The position numbers and the translations under genes are program-made. A DNA stretch of 59,876 bases, counting the filler. It is 4 parts of 4 records of this genome, joined end to end, with 100 filler letters (N's around TTAATTAATTAA, not from the genome) between each part and the next. Parts side by side here need not be neighbours in the genome. Positions count along the whole stretch, not along the records: positions 10,413 to 23,345 come from SRR22947725_2401; 3 more parts are not named here. The stretch is one strand, 5' to 3'. Below, one piece after another: positions 10,414 through 20,754 of this stretch; position 1 is the stretch's first letter; every line of letters starts with the position of its first letter. The notes under the pieces are model-generated. The model saw only the letters and a program-made list of their open reading frames with translations, ran no database searches and was not told the DNA's origin.

Positions 10414-10674
10414 AGATATGCTGATTATCCAGATGCATTTGCTGGTTGGAACTACATATCATCAATTGGATCTTATATATCTGTCCTTGGTCTTGTAGTG
10501 TTTTTTGCAAATCTTATTTATGCTTTTTCAAAGAAAAAAGTTGCAGCCCAAAACCCTTGGGGAGAAGGTGCTACAACATTAGAATGGACAGTTCCATCAC
10601 CACCTAATTTTCATACTTTTGAAGAATTACCAAAGTTTGAAGATGAAGAGGGTGCTGAAAAATCTACAAGTTAA
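10414..10674 (+). CDS. ctaD: Cytochrome c oxidase subunit I, 3' partial
   Basis: Own translation [21 protein letters not shown]...[23 protein letters not shown]; not in the ORF track. Confidence 0.92.
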   Translation, partial: RYADYPDAFAGWNYISSIGSYISVLGLVVFFANLIYAFSKKKVAAQNPWGEGATTLEWTVPSPPNFHTFEELPKFEDEEGAEKSTS

Positions 10675-10706
10675 TTATTTATTTAGATTTTTTAAACTGA
10701 GAATTA

Positions 10707-11618
10707 ATGATCAAGTCTAAACTAAAGAATAGAAATATAAGTCAGGAAGATGTTTTTAATTTTTCTGAGCTCTTCAAGCTAATGAAGCCAAGAGTAATGT
10801 CTTTAGTTATCTTTACTTGTGCCGTTGGCTTGTTGATGGCCCCAAATATTGTTCCAACAAAAGATGCTATTATTGCAATTATATTAGTATCTATTGGTGC
10901 TGGAGCAGCAGGTGCTTTAAATATGTGGTACGAGTCTGATCTTGATGCGTTAATGACAAGAACCTGTCTTAGACCAATACCAACAGGAAAAGTTAATAGA
11001 AACCAAGCATTAGTTTTTGGTATTTCTCTATCAATATTTTCGGTAATTGCTCTTGATTTCTTTTCAAATAGAATATCAGCGCTATTGTTATTATTTACCA
11101 TCCTATTTTATGTATTTGTTTACACAATTTGGTTAAAGAGAAAAACTCCACAAAATATAGTTATTGGAGGTGCAGCAGGTGCATTGCCACCCGTTATTGG
11201 CTGGACTATAGCTACAAATTCTCTTTCTTTAGAACCTTTAACGTTTTTTTTAATAATTTTCTTTTGGACCCCATCTCATTTTTGGGCACTAAGTTTATAT
11301 AAATCAGATGATTATAAAAAAGCAAAAATACCAATGCTTCCTTTAACAAATGGAGTTGAAAGTACAAAATTAAATATATTTATTTATTCTTTAATTATGC
11401 TCCCTGTAATTGCTTTACCTTATTTAATTGGTTTTGTTAGTTTAGTATTTTTAATTCCTTCTCTGATTTTAACCTTGTATTATAATTATTTATGTTTTGA
11501 GCTTTACAACTTTAAAAAAAATAAATTTAATGCAAAAAAAGCAAAATCTATATTTGGATATTCAATTTTATATTTATTTTTGATATTTGTTCTTTTTTTA
11601 ATAGATAAAATTTTATGA
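10707..11618 (+). CDS. ctaB: Protoheme IX farnesyltransferase (heme O synthase)
   Basis: LMKPRVMSLV, DALMTRTCLRP, LKRKTPQNIVIGG, WTPSHFWAL. Confidence 0.95.
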   Translation: MIKSKLKNRNISQEDVFNFSELFKLMKPRVMSLVIFTCAVGLLMAPNIVPTKDAIIAIILVSIGAGAAGALNMWYESDLDALMTRTCLRPIPTGKVNRNQALVFGISLSIFSVIALDFFSNRISALLLLFTILFYVFVYTIWLKRKTPQNIVIGGAAGALPPVIGWTIATNSLSLEPLTFFLIIFFWTPSHFWALSLYKSDDYKKAKIPMLPLTNGVESTKLNIFIYSLIMLPVIALPYLIGFVSLVFLIPSLILTLYYNYLCFELYNFKKNKFNAKKAKSIFGYSILYLFLIFVLFLIDKIL

Positions 11619-11740
11619 TGATACCTGACAAAAAAACTAAGAAAAAAAATATTCTAACTGCTGTAGCAATTTTGGCATTTATGGTATTTCTATTTCTGTT
11701 TACTCTTTATAATGTAGGAGTTTTCGATAGACAGATATGA
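11615..11740 (+). CDS. 41-aa single-TM protein in the cox operon (CoxF-like position)
   Basis: MMIPDKKTKKKNILTAVAILAFMVFLFLFTLYNVGVFDRQI; ATGA overlaps with both ctaB and ctaG. Confidence 0.7.
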   Translation: MMIPDKKTKKKNILTAVAILAFMVFLFLFTLYNVGVFDRQI

Positions 11741-12270
11741 TGAAGAAAAAAACTTTAACACCTGTTTTGCTAGGAGGAGTTTTTTTCTTAATGCTTGGAC
11801 TCTCTTTTGCAGCAGTTCCTCTCTATGATATGTTTTGTCGAATAACTGGATTTGGAGGAACAACACAAGTATCTAAAGAGGCCCCAAATATAGTATTGGA
11901 TAAAGTGGTAAGTGTTAGATTTGATACTAACGTAAATAATCTGGAATGGAATTTTAAAGCAAAATCAAATGTTATTGATGTTAAAGTTGGTCAAGTTAAC
12001 AAAATAGAGTTTGAGGTTGAAAATTATGGGGATGACACAAGTTATGGAGTTGCAAGTTTTAATGTTTCACCAACAAGTTTTGGTAAATATTATAGTAAAT
12101 TAGGTTGTTTTTGTTTTGAAAAACAAGCTCTAAAAGCAGGCGAGAAGGCCACATACGTTATGACATTTTATTTAGATCCTGAGCTTGTAAATGATCCAAC
12201 TACAAAAAATCTTCAAGATGTAACTTTGTCGTACACTTTTTTCTCGACAGATTACTATAAACAATCATAA
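11737..12270 (+). CDS. ctaG: Cytochrome c oxidase assembly protein CtaG/Cox11
   Basis: AAVPLYDMFCRITGFGGT, CFCF. Confidence 0.95.
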   Translation: MMKKKTLTPVLLGGVFFLMLGLSFAAVPLYDMFCRITGFGGTTQVSKEAPNIVLDKVVSVRFDTNVNNLEWNFKAKSNVIDVKVGQVNKIEFEVENYGDDTSYGVASFNVSPTSFGKYYSKLGCFCFEKQALKAGEKATYVMTFYLDPELVNDPTTKNLQDVTLSYTFFSTDYYKQS

Positions 12271-12279
12271 TCACGAAAA

Positions 12280-13068
12280 ATGTCAGCTGAAAAAAAACAT
12301 GATTACCACTTAGTAGACCCAAGTCCTTGGCCTATCTATGTGTCATTCTCTTGCTTAGTGTTAGCAATAGGATTAATTTTCTATATGCATAACGATGTTT
12401 CGTGGGGAATGTATCTTGGTTTAGCATTAGTTTTATATGGTGCTTATATGTGGTTTAGAGATGTTGTAATAGAGGCGGAGCATCAAGGTCATCACACACC
12501 TGTCGTTCAAATTCATCATAGATATGGAATGACATTATTTATTGCATCAGAGGTAATGTTCTTTGTTGCATGGTTCTGGGCGTATTTTGATATCAGCTTA
12601 TTTCCAAATGAATTTGTTGGAAACGTTTGGCCTCCTAAAGATATAGAAACTTTTGATCCTTGGGATATACCACTAATAAATACACTTGTTTTATTGCTAT
12701 CAGGAACAACAGTAACTTGGGCACACCACTCATTAATAGAGGGAGATAGAAAAGGATTTATTCAAGGTCTAACTTTAACTGTTATTTTAGGTTTCTTTTT
12801 CACTTTACTTCAAGCTTACGAATATCATCATGCTACTTTTGATTACTCGGGCCACATTTATGGAGCAGTATTTTATATGGCAACAGGTTTTCATGGGTTT
12901 CATGTTATAATTGGAACAATATTTCTAGCCGTATGTTTAGCTAGAGCTAAAAAAGGACATTTTACAAAAGATCATCATTTCGGATTTGAAGCAGCGGCTT
13001 GGTACTGGCATTTTGTTGATGTAGTTTGGCTGTTCTTATTTGCAGCAATATATGTTTGGGGAAGTTAA
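12280..13068 (+). CDS. ctaE: Cytochrome c oxidase subunit III
   Basis: HDYHLVDPSPWP, SEVMFF, TGFHGFHV, WYWHFVDVVW. Confidence 0.96.
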   Translation: MSAEKKHDYHLVDPSPWPIYVSFSCLVLAIGLIFYMHNDVSWGMYLGLALVLYGAYMWFRDVVIEAEHQGHHTPVVQIHHRYGMTLFIASEVMFFVAWFWAYFDISLFPNEFVGNVWPPKDIETFDPWDIPLINTLVLLLSGTTVTWAHHSLIEGDRKGFIQGLTLTVILGFFFTLLQAYEYHHATFDYSGHIYGAVFYMATGFHGFHVIIGTIFLAVCLARAKKGHFTKDHHFGFEAAAWYWHFVDVVWLFLFAAIYVWGS

Positions 13069-13078
13069 TAATTAACTC

Positions 13079-13732
13079 TTGAAGAATAAGTTTCTATTTT
13101 CAGTTTTTGTCTATTTTATTATTTTAGTTTTATTATCTCTTGGTTCTTGGCAGCTTTACAGATTAAATTGGAAATTGAATTTGATATCAGAAATTGAAAA
13201 TTCTTTAAAAAATGATCCAGTTGAATTATCAAAATCTGATAAAAAAAATTATTTAAGGATTAAAACTTCAGGACAAATAGATTTTGATAAACAAATTTAT
13301 CTATACAACCTAAATAAAAGTGGAAAACCAGGATTTGAAGTAATTAATCCTATTTTAATAGGAAATGAAAATTATTTAATTAATAGAGGGTGGATATCAT
13401 TTGATCAAAAAGATCAATCAGAAATCAATTTTGTAAATGAAGATAAAATAATTGGAACATTAAAATTACAAACAAAAGCTAGCACATTTAAACCAGAAAA
13501 TGATATTGAAAAGAATTATTGGTTTACATTAAATAGAGACGATGTTTTTAAGTATACCGGTAAAAATTTTTCGAATTTTATAATTTATTTAAATGGTGAT
13601 TACAAAACTCCAGAACCTAAAGTGATTACGGCTAATATTTCAAACAATCATAAAAAGTACGCAATTACTTGGTTTTCAATGGCGATTTCAATTCTTTTGA
13701 TATATTTATATTTTAGAAGGAAAAATTATTAA
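13079..13732 (+). CDS. SURF1 family protein
   Basis: LGSWQLYRLNWK, INRGWI, NNHKKYAITWF. Confidence 0.9.
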   Translation: MKNKFLFSVFVYFIILVLLSLGSWQLYRLNWKLNLISEIENSLKNDPVELSKSDKKNYLRIKTSGQIDFDKQIYLYNLNKSGKPGFEVINPILIGNENYLINRGWISFDQKDQSEINFVNEDKIIGTLKLQTKASTFKPENDIEKNYWFTLNRDDVFKYTGKNFSNFIIYLNGDYKTPEPKVITANISNNHKKYAITWFSMAISILLIYLYFRRKNY

Positions 13733-15112
13733 ATGAAATATATAAGCACTCGCAATAGTTCAAAAACTTTTAATTTCAAAGAAGTTTTTATTAAAGGGCT
13801 CGCAGATGATGGCGGTCTATTTATTCCAAAAAGTTTAAATAAATTTAGTGAAGCTGAAATAGATAGTTTTAAGAAACTTAGTTATCAAGATTTGGCAAAA
13901 AATATTATATTTTCTTTTATTGGTGATTTTATGAGTGAAAATGATTTGAGCAGAATCATTGATAAATCATATTCAGTTTTTAGGGAAAAAAATGTTGTAA
14001 AACTTATAAAAGTTGGAGACAGATCTGTGTTAGAGTTATTTCATGGCCCCACTTTAGCATTCAAAGATGTTGCAATGCAATTGTTAGGTAATTTTTATGA
14101 ATATTATTTAAATAATGAAAATGAAAAAATTAATATAGTTGTAGCAACTTCAGGAGATACTGGAGCAGCAGCAATAGATGCTATCAAGGGTAAGAAAAAT
14201 GTTAATATTTTTGTTCTTCATCCTCACAATCGTGTTTCATCAGTTCAAAGAAAGTTAATGACAACTGGAAAAGAACAAAATGTCATTAATATTGCTATTA
14301 ATGGTAATTTTGATGACTGCCAAAATTTAGTTAAATCTATGTTTGCTGATAAAATTTTTTCAAATGAAATTAGAATGTCAGGAGTTAACTCAATTAACTG
14401 GGCGAGAATTATTGCACAGAGTGTATATTATTTTTATAGCTATTTTTTAGTGGAAGATAAGGATAGACCTCTGAACTTTTCAGTTCCAACTGGAAATTTT
14501 GGAGATGTGTATGCTGGATATTTAGCAAAAAAAATGGGACTCCCTATTAACAAGTTAGTTGTTGCAACTAATCAAAACGATATCTTACATAGAGCAATTT
14601 CAAAGGGGAGTTATGAGGTAGAAAAGGTAACAGAAACTATTTCCCCAAGTATGGACATACAAATCGCAAGTAATTTTGAAAGACTTATCTATGATTTAAA
14701 TGATTGTGATGATGCTCAGACAATTAATGCGATGAATGATATAAGAGAAAAAGGCAAATATACAATTGATCAAGAAAGATTAAATAAAATCAATACTGAT
14801 TTTTTATCATCAAAAATGAGTGAAGAGGAAGTTTTAGAAACTATTAAAAAAGTTTATGAGAAATTTGATATTGTTTTAGATCCTCACAGCGCAATAGGCT
14901 ATGGAGCTTTTGATAAAGTTAACCTAAGTGGAAATAATATAGTTTTAGCTACTGCTCACCCTTGTAAGTTTCCTGATGCAATAAAAAATGCTATAAACTT
15001 AAAAGCTGAATTACCAAAAGAACTAATGTATATTTTGAATGAAAAAGAAAATTTTGATATTATTGATAATAATATCGATAAAGTAAAACAACACATAAAA
15101 GAGAGAATTTAA
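13733..15112 (+). CDS. thrC: Threonine synthase
   Basis: MKYISTR, ELFHGPTLAFKD, ATSGDTG, NSINWARI, VPTGNFG. Confidence 0.96.
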   Translation: MKYISTRNSSKTFNFKEVFIKGLADDGGLFIPKSLNKFSEAEIDSFKKLSYQDLAKNIIFSFIGDFMSENDLSRIIDKSYSVFREKNVVKLIKVGDRSVLELFHGPTLAFKDVAMQLLGNFYEYYLNNENEKINIVVATSGDTGAAAIDAIKGKKNVNIFVLHPHNRVSSVQRKLMTTGKEQNVINIAINGNFDDCQNLVKSMFADKIFSNEIRMSGVNSINWARIIAQSVYYFYSYFLVEDKDRPLNFSVPTGNFGDVYAGYLAKKMGLPINKLVVATNQNDILHRAISKGSYEVEKVTETISPSMDIQIASNFERLIYDLNDCDDAQTINAMNDIREKGKYTIDQERLNKINTDFLSSKMSEEEVLETIKKVYEKFDIVLDPHSAIGYGAFDKVNLSGNNIVLATAHPCKFPDAIKNAINLKAELPKELMYILNEKENFDIIDNNIDKVKQHIKERI

Positions 15113-15597
15113 TGAATTTAAAAGAAAATGATAACTTACCAAATTCTGAAGTCTTTGTTCTTGCAGAGGGAGAACCAGTTAAAAAAAATATCGAAGATTT
15201 AATTAAAAATAAAAAAGTTGTAATATTTGGTCTTCCAGGTGCTTATACCTCGGTATGTTCTGCAAAGCATTTACCTGGCTATGTGAATATGAGTGAAAAA
15301 TATAAAGAAAAAGGAATTGATCAAATTATCTGTGTTTCAGTAAATGATCCATTTGTGATGAATGCATGGGGAAAAGAGAATAATGTAGGTGATAAAATTT
15401 TAATGATGGGTGATCCTTTTTTAAATTTTACTAAAGCGATAGGTGCTGATGTGGATAAAAGTGATAGAGGTCTTGGCATAAGATCAAACAGATACACAAT
15501 GTTGGTTGATGACATGAAGGTTATAAAGTTACAGGAAGAAAAAGACACAGGTTCTTGCGAAATTTCAGCTGCTGAAAATTTTTTAGAATTAGTTTAG
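15112..15597 (+). CDS. Peroxiredoxin (Prx5 type)
   Basis: PGAYTSVCSAKHLP, SVNDPFVMNAW. Confidence 0.92.
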   Translation: MNLKENDNLPNSEVFVLAEGEPVKKNIEDLIKNKKVVIFGLPGAYTSVCSAKHLPGYVNMSEKYKEKGIDQIICVSVNDPFVMNAWGKENNVGDKILMMGDPFLNFTKAIGADVDKSDRGLGIRSNRYTMLVDDMKVIKLQEEKDTGSCEISAAENFLELV

Positions 15598-16014
15598 ATT
15601 TGCAGCTCTTTTAGCTAGTAAATCAACTTTCTCATTCATTACATTGCCAGCATGAGCTTTAACCCAATTCCATTTAACATTTAAAGATTTATTTAAATCA
15701 TATAACTCAACCCACAAATCTTTATTTTTTACATCTTCTTTTTTTGATGTTTTCCAATTGTTTACTACCCAAGTATTAATCCACTCAGTTATCCCAAGTT
15801 TCACGTATTGAGAGTCTGTATAAATTTCAATTTGGTCGCTTTGCTTCATTTCTTTTAGTGCTCTAATGGGTGCCAATAGTTCCATTCTATTATTTGTAGT
15901 ATTTTTTTCACTACCACTTATTTCTTTAATTTCACCATTTATACTTATGATTGCTGCCCACCCTCCATCACCAGGATTTGATAAACATGATCCGTCTGTA
16001 TAAATCTTAATCAT
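15589..16014 (-). CDS. rnhA: Ribonuclease HI
   Basis: IYTDGSC, TTNNRMEL, TDSQYV, WVKAHAG. Confidence 0.96.
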   Translation of the reverse strand: MIKIYTDGSCLSNPGDGGWAAIISINGEIKEISGSEKNTTNNRMELLAPIRALKEMKQSDQIEIYTDSQYVKLGITEWINTWVVNNWKTSKKEDVKNKDLWVELYDLNKSLNVKWNWVKAHAGNVMNEKVDLLAKRAANLN

Positions 16015-16979
16015 TAAATTAAATAATTTTTATAAGAGATTAAGTTATTATGTGTAATAAGCTTTTGATAATATTCATTTGGATCTTTTATTTGTATTAA
16101 AGCAGTTTTGGGAGTATTTGAATAATCGTAAAGTCTAGTAAGCAAATATCTCATTGCAGCACCTCGACATAAAATATTTAATGATTTTTTTTCTTTAAGT
16201 GAAATTTTCTTAATACTCTCGTACCCTTTAATTAAATCTTTTATTTTTTTTTTATTAATTTTAAATTTTGATTTTTTATTATCAAAACACAATGCATTGA
16301 TACAAATAGCTATTTCATACATAAAATAATCATTTGCAGCAAAATAAAAATCAATAATCCCAGATAATTTATTATTTTTAAAAAAAATATTATCAATAAA
16401 TAAATCACCATGAATAATTCCTGAAGGTAATTTTTTTGGCCACCTTTTCTTAATATCTTTTAAATTGTTTATTAAAAATTTTTCTAAATTATTAAATTTT
16501 TTTGATTTAAACTTAATACTTTTTAGCAAAGGATCTAAATATTTAATACCCATTGAGTTTTTTCTAGTTATTTTAATATTTTTAGTTACAGAATGCATTT
16601 GGGCAATTATTTTGCCAACTTCAAAACAATTTTTTGAGTTGAGTTTACTCTTATCTTTTCCTTCTAAGAAAGAGACAATACAAGCTGTTTTGCTTTTTAG
16701 TTTTATCAAATAGTTCCCATTATTATTTTTTAAAGGTTTTGGACAACTAATATTAGAATGATTTAATTCATCCATTAACTTCATGAAAAAAGGAATTTCT
16801 TTATTAGAAACTCTTTTTTCAAAAATAGTTAATATAAATTTTTTATTTTTCGATTTTAGTAAGTAATTAGTATTTTCAATTCCTTTTTTGATACCTTGAA
16901 AACTAACAATCTTTTCAATATCAAATTTATTATTAATGATAGAAATATCTTTTTTATTTATTTTTGTATAAACAGCCAT
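16014..16979 (-). CDS. thrB: Homoserine kinase type II
   Basis: MAVYT, GIENTNY, IHGDLFIDN, LLTRLYD. Confidence 0.93.
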   Translation of the reverse strand: MAVYTKINKKDISIINNKFDIEKIVSFQGIKKGIENTNYLLKSKNKKFILTIFEKRVSNKEIPFFMKLMDELNHSNISCPKPLKNNNGNYLIKLKSKTACIVSFLEGKDKSKLNSKNCFEVGKIIAQMHSVTKNIKITRKNSMGIKYLDPLLKSIKFKSKKFNNLEKFLINNLKDIKKRWPKKLPSGIIHGDLFIDNIFFKNNKLSGIIDFYFAANDYFMYEIAICINALCFDNKKSKFKINKKKIKDLIKGYESIKKISLKEKKSLNILCRGAAMRYLLTRLYDYSNTPKTALIQIKDPNEYYQKLITHNNLISYKNYLI

Positions 16980-17924
16980 TTAATTTAATTTTTTTGGGAT
17001 TTTAAATACTACGTCTTCTTTGATTATTTCTACTTCTTCTATAGTTATAGTAAATCTATTTTTTAAATCATTAATAAAATTATCTACTAAAATTTCTGGT
17101 GCAGAAGCTCCAGATGAAATTCCAATTATTTTTGAATCTTCAATGTGATCATATGGTATTTCACTTTCGGAATGAATTAAGTACGAATCTAAACATCCTG
17201 ATTTTTTAGCAACTTCAACAAGTCTCACAGAGTTTGACGAATTTCTGCTACCAATTATAAAAAACATATCACATTTTTTTGCAATATTTTTAACAGCCAT
17301 TTGTCTATTTGTTGTTGCATAACAAATATCTTCTTTTAAAGGTTCGCGTATATTTGGAAATCTATTTTTTAAAATATTTATTATTTCTTTGGTGTCATCT
17401 ATAGATAAAGTTGTTTGCGTTACAAAAGCAATTTTTTTATCTTCATTAATTTTATAATTTTTTGCCTCATCTTCATTTTGAATGAGATGAATACTACCAG
17501 CAGGTAATTGACCCATTGTTCCTATAACTTCAGGGTGATTTTTGTGACCTATTAAAATTATATGATAACCAGCTTTATTAAGATTTTCAGCTTCTCTATG
17601 TACTTTAGACACTAGAGGACAAGTGGCATCAACATAAGTCATATTATAATTAGCTGCATCAAGAGGTATCTGTTTAGGTACCCCATGAGCTGAAAAAATT
17701 ACAGGTCTTGTTTTATCCTCAATTTCCTCCAGTTCTTCAACAAATACCGCTCCTTTCATTTTTAAATCGTCAACAACATATTTGTTGTGAACAATTTCAT
17801 GACGAACATAAACAGGAGCCCCATATTTTTGTATAGATTTTTCAACAATTTCAATAGCTCTCTCAACCCCAGCACAAAAACCTCTTGGGGCAGATAATAA
17901 AATTTTTAATTCTTTATTTTTCAT
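16980..17924 (-). CDS. ispH: 4-hydroxy-3-methylbut-2-enyl diphosphate reductase
   Basis: PRGFCAGV, DATCPLV, DICYATTNRQ, NSSNS. Confidence 0.96.
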   Translation of the reverse strand: MKNKELKILLSAPRGFCAGVERAIEIVEKSIQKYGAPVYVRHEIVHNKYVVDDLKMKGAVFVEELEEIEDKTRPVIFSAHGVPKQIPLDAANYNMTYVDATCPLVSKVHREAENLNKAGYHIILIGHKNHPEVIGTMGQLPAGSIHLIQNEDEAKNYKINEDKKIAFVTQTTLSIDDTKEIINILKNRFPNIREPLKEDICYATTNRQMAVKNIAKKCDMFFIIGSRNSSNSVRLVEVAKKSGCLDSYLIHSESEIPYDHIEDSKIIGISSGASAPEILVDNFINDLKNRFTITIEEVEIIKEDVVFKIPKKLN

Positions 17925-18849
17925 TTTTTTCTAAAAAATATTCCAGCAATATATGTGGAAAGGTTAAAGACGCCAAACCTATAAATATTATTTTTAAAAT
18001 AGAACTATTAAAACTATAGCTGTCATTTAATAAATAAAAGCCAATTAAGCAAAAAAAAGCTGTCAAAACTGTTAGAGGTAAAGCTTTTTTGCTAAATACT
18101 TTTAGTCCATTTATAAAATCGTTTTTATCTAATTCATTAACAAGTGTAATGCTATGTCTGATAGAGTGCAAAAAGCAAAAGTAAATTGTAAACGCAACCA
18201 AAGGAGATAGATAATAATTTAATATCAAAATTGAAAAGTAGTCTAAAAAAATAGTAAATTTTTTTATTTCAAATTTTCTTACAAATAAATAAACGCTAGA
18301 TAAAGTGCTTAAAACAATTCCTATTGGTAATATCTTATTAATTTCTATAAATTCTAAAGTTGAATAAAACATTTCGTTATCAACCAGTAAAAATTTGAAT
18401 ATAGCTATTGTTTCATTAAAGTGAAAATAAATTGGTGCTAGAATTATCAACAAACCTTTAAAGAAAAAAAGAAATTGATTTAACTTAGAATTTTCATTGA
18501 TCAAAAATTGCGTATCTTCTTTGCCGAAATGAAAAGAGGCAACAAGCAAAAAAATAATCAATGAAATAGATGGTGCTAAAATCCATATTATGATTACTGA
18601 AATAGCTATTAAAATGTATAAAAAATAAAAGATAGAAATTTTTTCAATATTAAGAATATTAAAAAGTCTTTTACCTTTAACATGGTCTAAAGATCCATGA
18701 GATACTCCAATAGTTAGGATTAATAACAAACAAATTAATGGTGAAATATTAAAATTATTAAATCTAAAAATTATTAATGAAAAAATATTAGAAAATATAA
18801 AAAAAACAAAAGAGTGATTTAGATTTATTTTTTTGATTTCATTACTCAT
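17914..18849 (-). CDS. blh: Beta-carotene 15,15'-dioxygenase (Blh/Brp family)
   Basis: GVSHGSLDH, FHFG, YFCFLHSIRH, LTFPH; start placed at the ATG just after crtY. Confidence 0.9.
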   Translation of the reverse strand: MSNEIKKINLNHSFVFFIFSNIFSLIIFRFNNFNISPLICLLLILTIGVSHGSLDHVKGKRLFNILNIEKISIFYFLYILIAISVIIIWILAPSISLIIFLLVASFHFGKEDTQFLINENSKLNQFLFFFKGLLIILAPIYFHFNETIAIFKFLLVDNEMFYSTLEFIEINKILPIGIVLSTLSSVYLFVRKFEIKKFTIFLDYFSILILNYYLSPLVAFTIYFCFLHSIRHSITLVNELDKNDFINGLKVFSKKALPLTVLTAFFCLIGFYLLNDSYSFNSSILKIIFIGLASLTFPHILLEYFLEKNEK

Positions 18850-18851
18850 AC

Positions 18852-19916
18852 TTAAATTAGTTGTTTTAAAAAAATCCATTTTGGCATTTTAGAAATTATG
18901 GATACATCTTCTAAAATATTACTTTTATTAGATAAAAAATTTATAACTGTATTAGGCGAACAATTAAACATTTTATAAAATATTTTTGCCATTTTATCTG
19001 GGTTATTTTTTAAAACTTTTAGAAAAATATTGTCTAAAAATTGATATTTTTTTTCTATTGAGAAAATTTTTGTATTTTTTATATTTTCTATATTCTTTCT
19101 AATATATCTGCTTTGCGCTTGAATATTTAAGAATGTATATCCAGTGCTTAACCTTGTCATTCCACCAGCAGTTCCAATTTCAATTTGATTTAATTTTTTA
19201 ATATTAGTTGGATGAAATAAAGGAATAGCACCAGTCTCTTGGAAATTAATTTTATAATTTTTAATCTTTAGTTTGTTTTCAATATAATCTTTTAATTGAA
19301 TATCATAATCTTTTAATGATGCATTATTAAAGTCAGAAATCCACGTAGTTTCTATGAGTGCATTTTTTTTGGAATAGGGTAGCGTATAAAAAAAATGAAC
19401 ACTATTTTTTTGATCACAATCAAAGTCCATCAAGTTAAATATCGTTTCATCAAAAAGATCTTTGCTTGTTTCAATTTCTAAACCCGAAAAGTGCTGCCAT
19501 AAATTACTTTTATTATCCGATGTCTCACTTACACTATTAAAGATGAAAGAATTTTCAGTATTTACTTCATTTATGTTTTTGAAAAAATGAACATTATTGT
19601 TTTGTTTTAACCTACCAATTATCTTGTGATAAAATAAACCGCTATCAATTGATTGATAAGGCATATTTTTACATTCAATATGCTTTAAATGATTTGGGAT
19701 ATTAATTGTAAAGTTATCCCAGCTTTTTTTAACACAGTCATCAAAATTATGAGATGCTACCTTCCAAAAAGACCACGTTTTATCTTTTTTGTATTCATTC
19801 CTAGGTTCAATAATTGCCAAAGATTTATCTTTTAATTTTGAGTGGGTATCTAATTCAAAAGCAAGAGATAGCCCAGCACAACCACCACCAATTATTATAT
19901 AATCAAAGTCTTTCAT
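18852..19916 (-). CDS. crtY: Lycopene beta-cyclase
   Basis: GGGCAGLSLA, DKTWSFW, LMDF, GTAGGMTRLSTGYTF; in the crt-blh cluster. Confidence 0.88.
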   Translation of the reverse strand: MKDFDYIIIGGGCAGLSLAFELDTHSKLKDKSLAIIEPRNEYKKDKTWSFWKVASHNFDDCVKKSWDNFTINIPNHLKHIECKNMPYQSIDSGLFYHKIIGRLKQNNNVHFFKNINEVNTENSFIFNSVSETSDNKSNLWQHFSGLEIETSKDLFDETIFNLMDFDCDQKNSVHFFYTLPYSKKNALIETTWISDFNNASLKDYDIQLKDYIENKLKIKNYKINFQETGAIPLFHPTNIKKLNQIEIGTAGGMTRLSTGYTFLNIQAQSRYIRKNIENIKNTKIFSIEKKYQFLDNIFLKVLKNNPDKMAKIFYKMFNCSPNTVINFLSNKSNILEDVSIISKMPKWIFLKQLI

Positions 19917-20754
19917 CTAAATTTAATTCTTCGTTAATTAATAAATGATCATGTTCAATATTTTCATCATTTTTATTTATTAATAGTAATTTAATTAGGT
20001 CAAAAACAGAAAGAAAAGTTTCTATAATTTTCTCAATATTTGAAACATAAATTTTTCCAGATTTTCTATAATTTTCTAAGGTTTTCTTTTTTAAAATTTT
20101 ATACCCAATTTTTCTATAAACTCTTCTAGCTACTAAGATTGAAAATCGAAAGCTTATCGGTATTTCGTTAATTGAGTGAAACGAGTTTTCATAAAATTTT
20201 TCTGCAAGCATTAAAGTAGAATGAATTTCTTCAAAATTTTCATTTATATATGATCTATTATTATTTAAATCTTCAATCACGTCTCTTGATATATTTGTTA
20301 GCTGCATTGCTATTCCTAAATCAATTGCAGACTTTAATGAGCTCTTTTTACTTACATTTAAAATTTTTGCCATTAATAAGCCAACAGTTCCAGCAACCTT
20401 GTAAGAATAAACTAATAACTCTTTTTTTGAGTTTAATTTTACTTTTTCTTTAATATCAGATTTAATGCCTTCAAATAAATCATGAATAATTTTTAAAGAA
20501 ATATTAAATTCATTTATAAGATCCCACATATTTTTTATAATAGGATCATCAAAATTTTTATTATTAAAATTATTTTCAAAGTTTTTAAATTTATTTTCCT
20601 TTAATTCAACTGAACCCTTATCATCAGCTATGTTGTCTATAACTCTACAAAAATCGTATAATGTGGAACACTTTTGATAAGTTTGTTTTGGTAAAAAAAA
20701 ACCCGCCCAATTAAAAGATTTGGCATAAAGTGACAAGTAATTTTGTTTTGTCAT
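19903..20754 (-). CDS. crtB: Phytoene synthase
   Basis: KSFNWA, LYDFCRVIDNIAD, VAGTVG, AMQLTNISRDVIED. Confidence 0.92.
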   Translation of the reverse strand: MTKQNYLSLYAKSFNWAGFFLPKQTYQKCSTLYDFCRVIDNIADDKGSVELKENKFKNFENNFNNKNFDDPIIKNMWDLINEFNISLKIIHDLFEGIKSDIKEKVKLNSKKELLVYSYKVAGTVGLLMAKILNVSKKSSLKSAIDLGIAMQLTNISRDVIEDLNNNRSYINENFEEIHSTLMLAEKFYENSFHSINEIPISFRFSILVARRVYRKIGYKILKKKTLENYRKSGKIYVSNIEKIIETFLSVFDLIKLLLINKNDENIEHDHLLINEELNLDERL

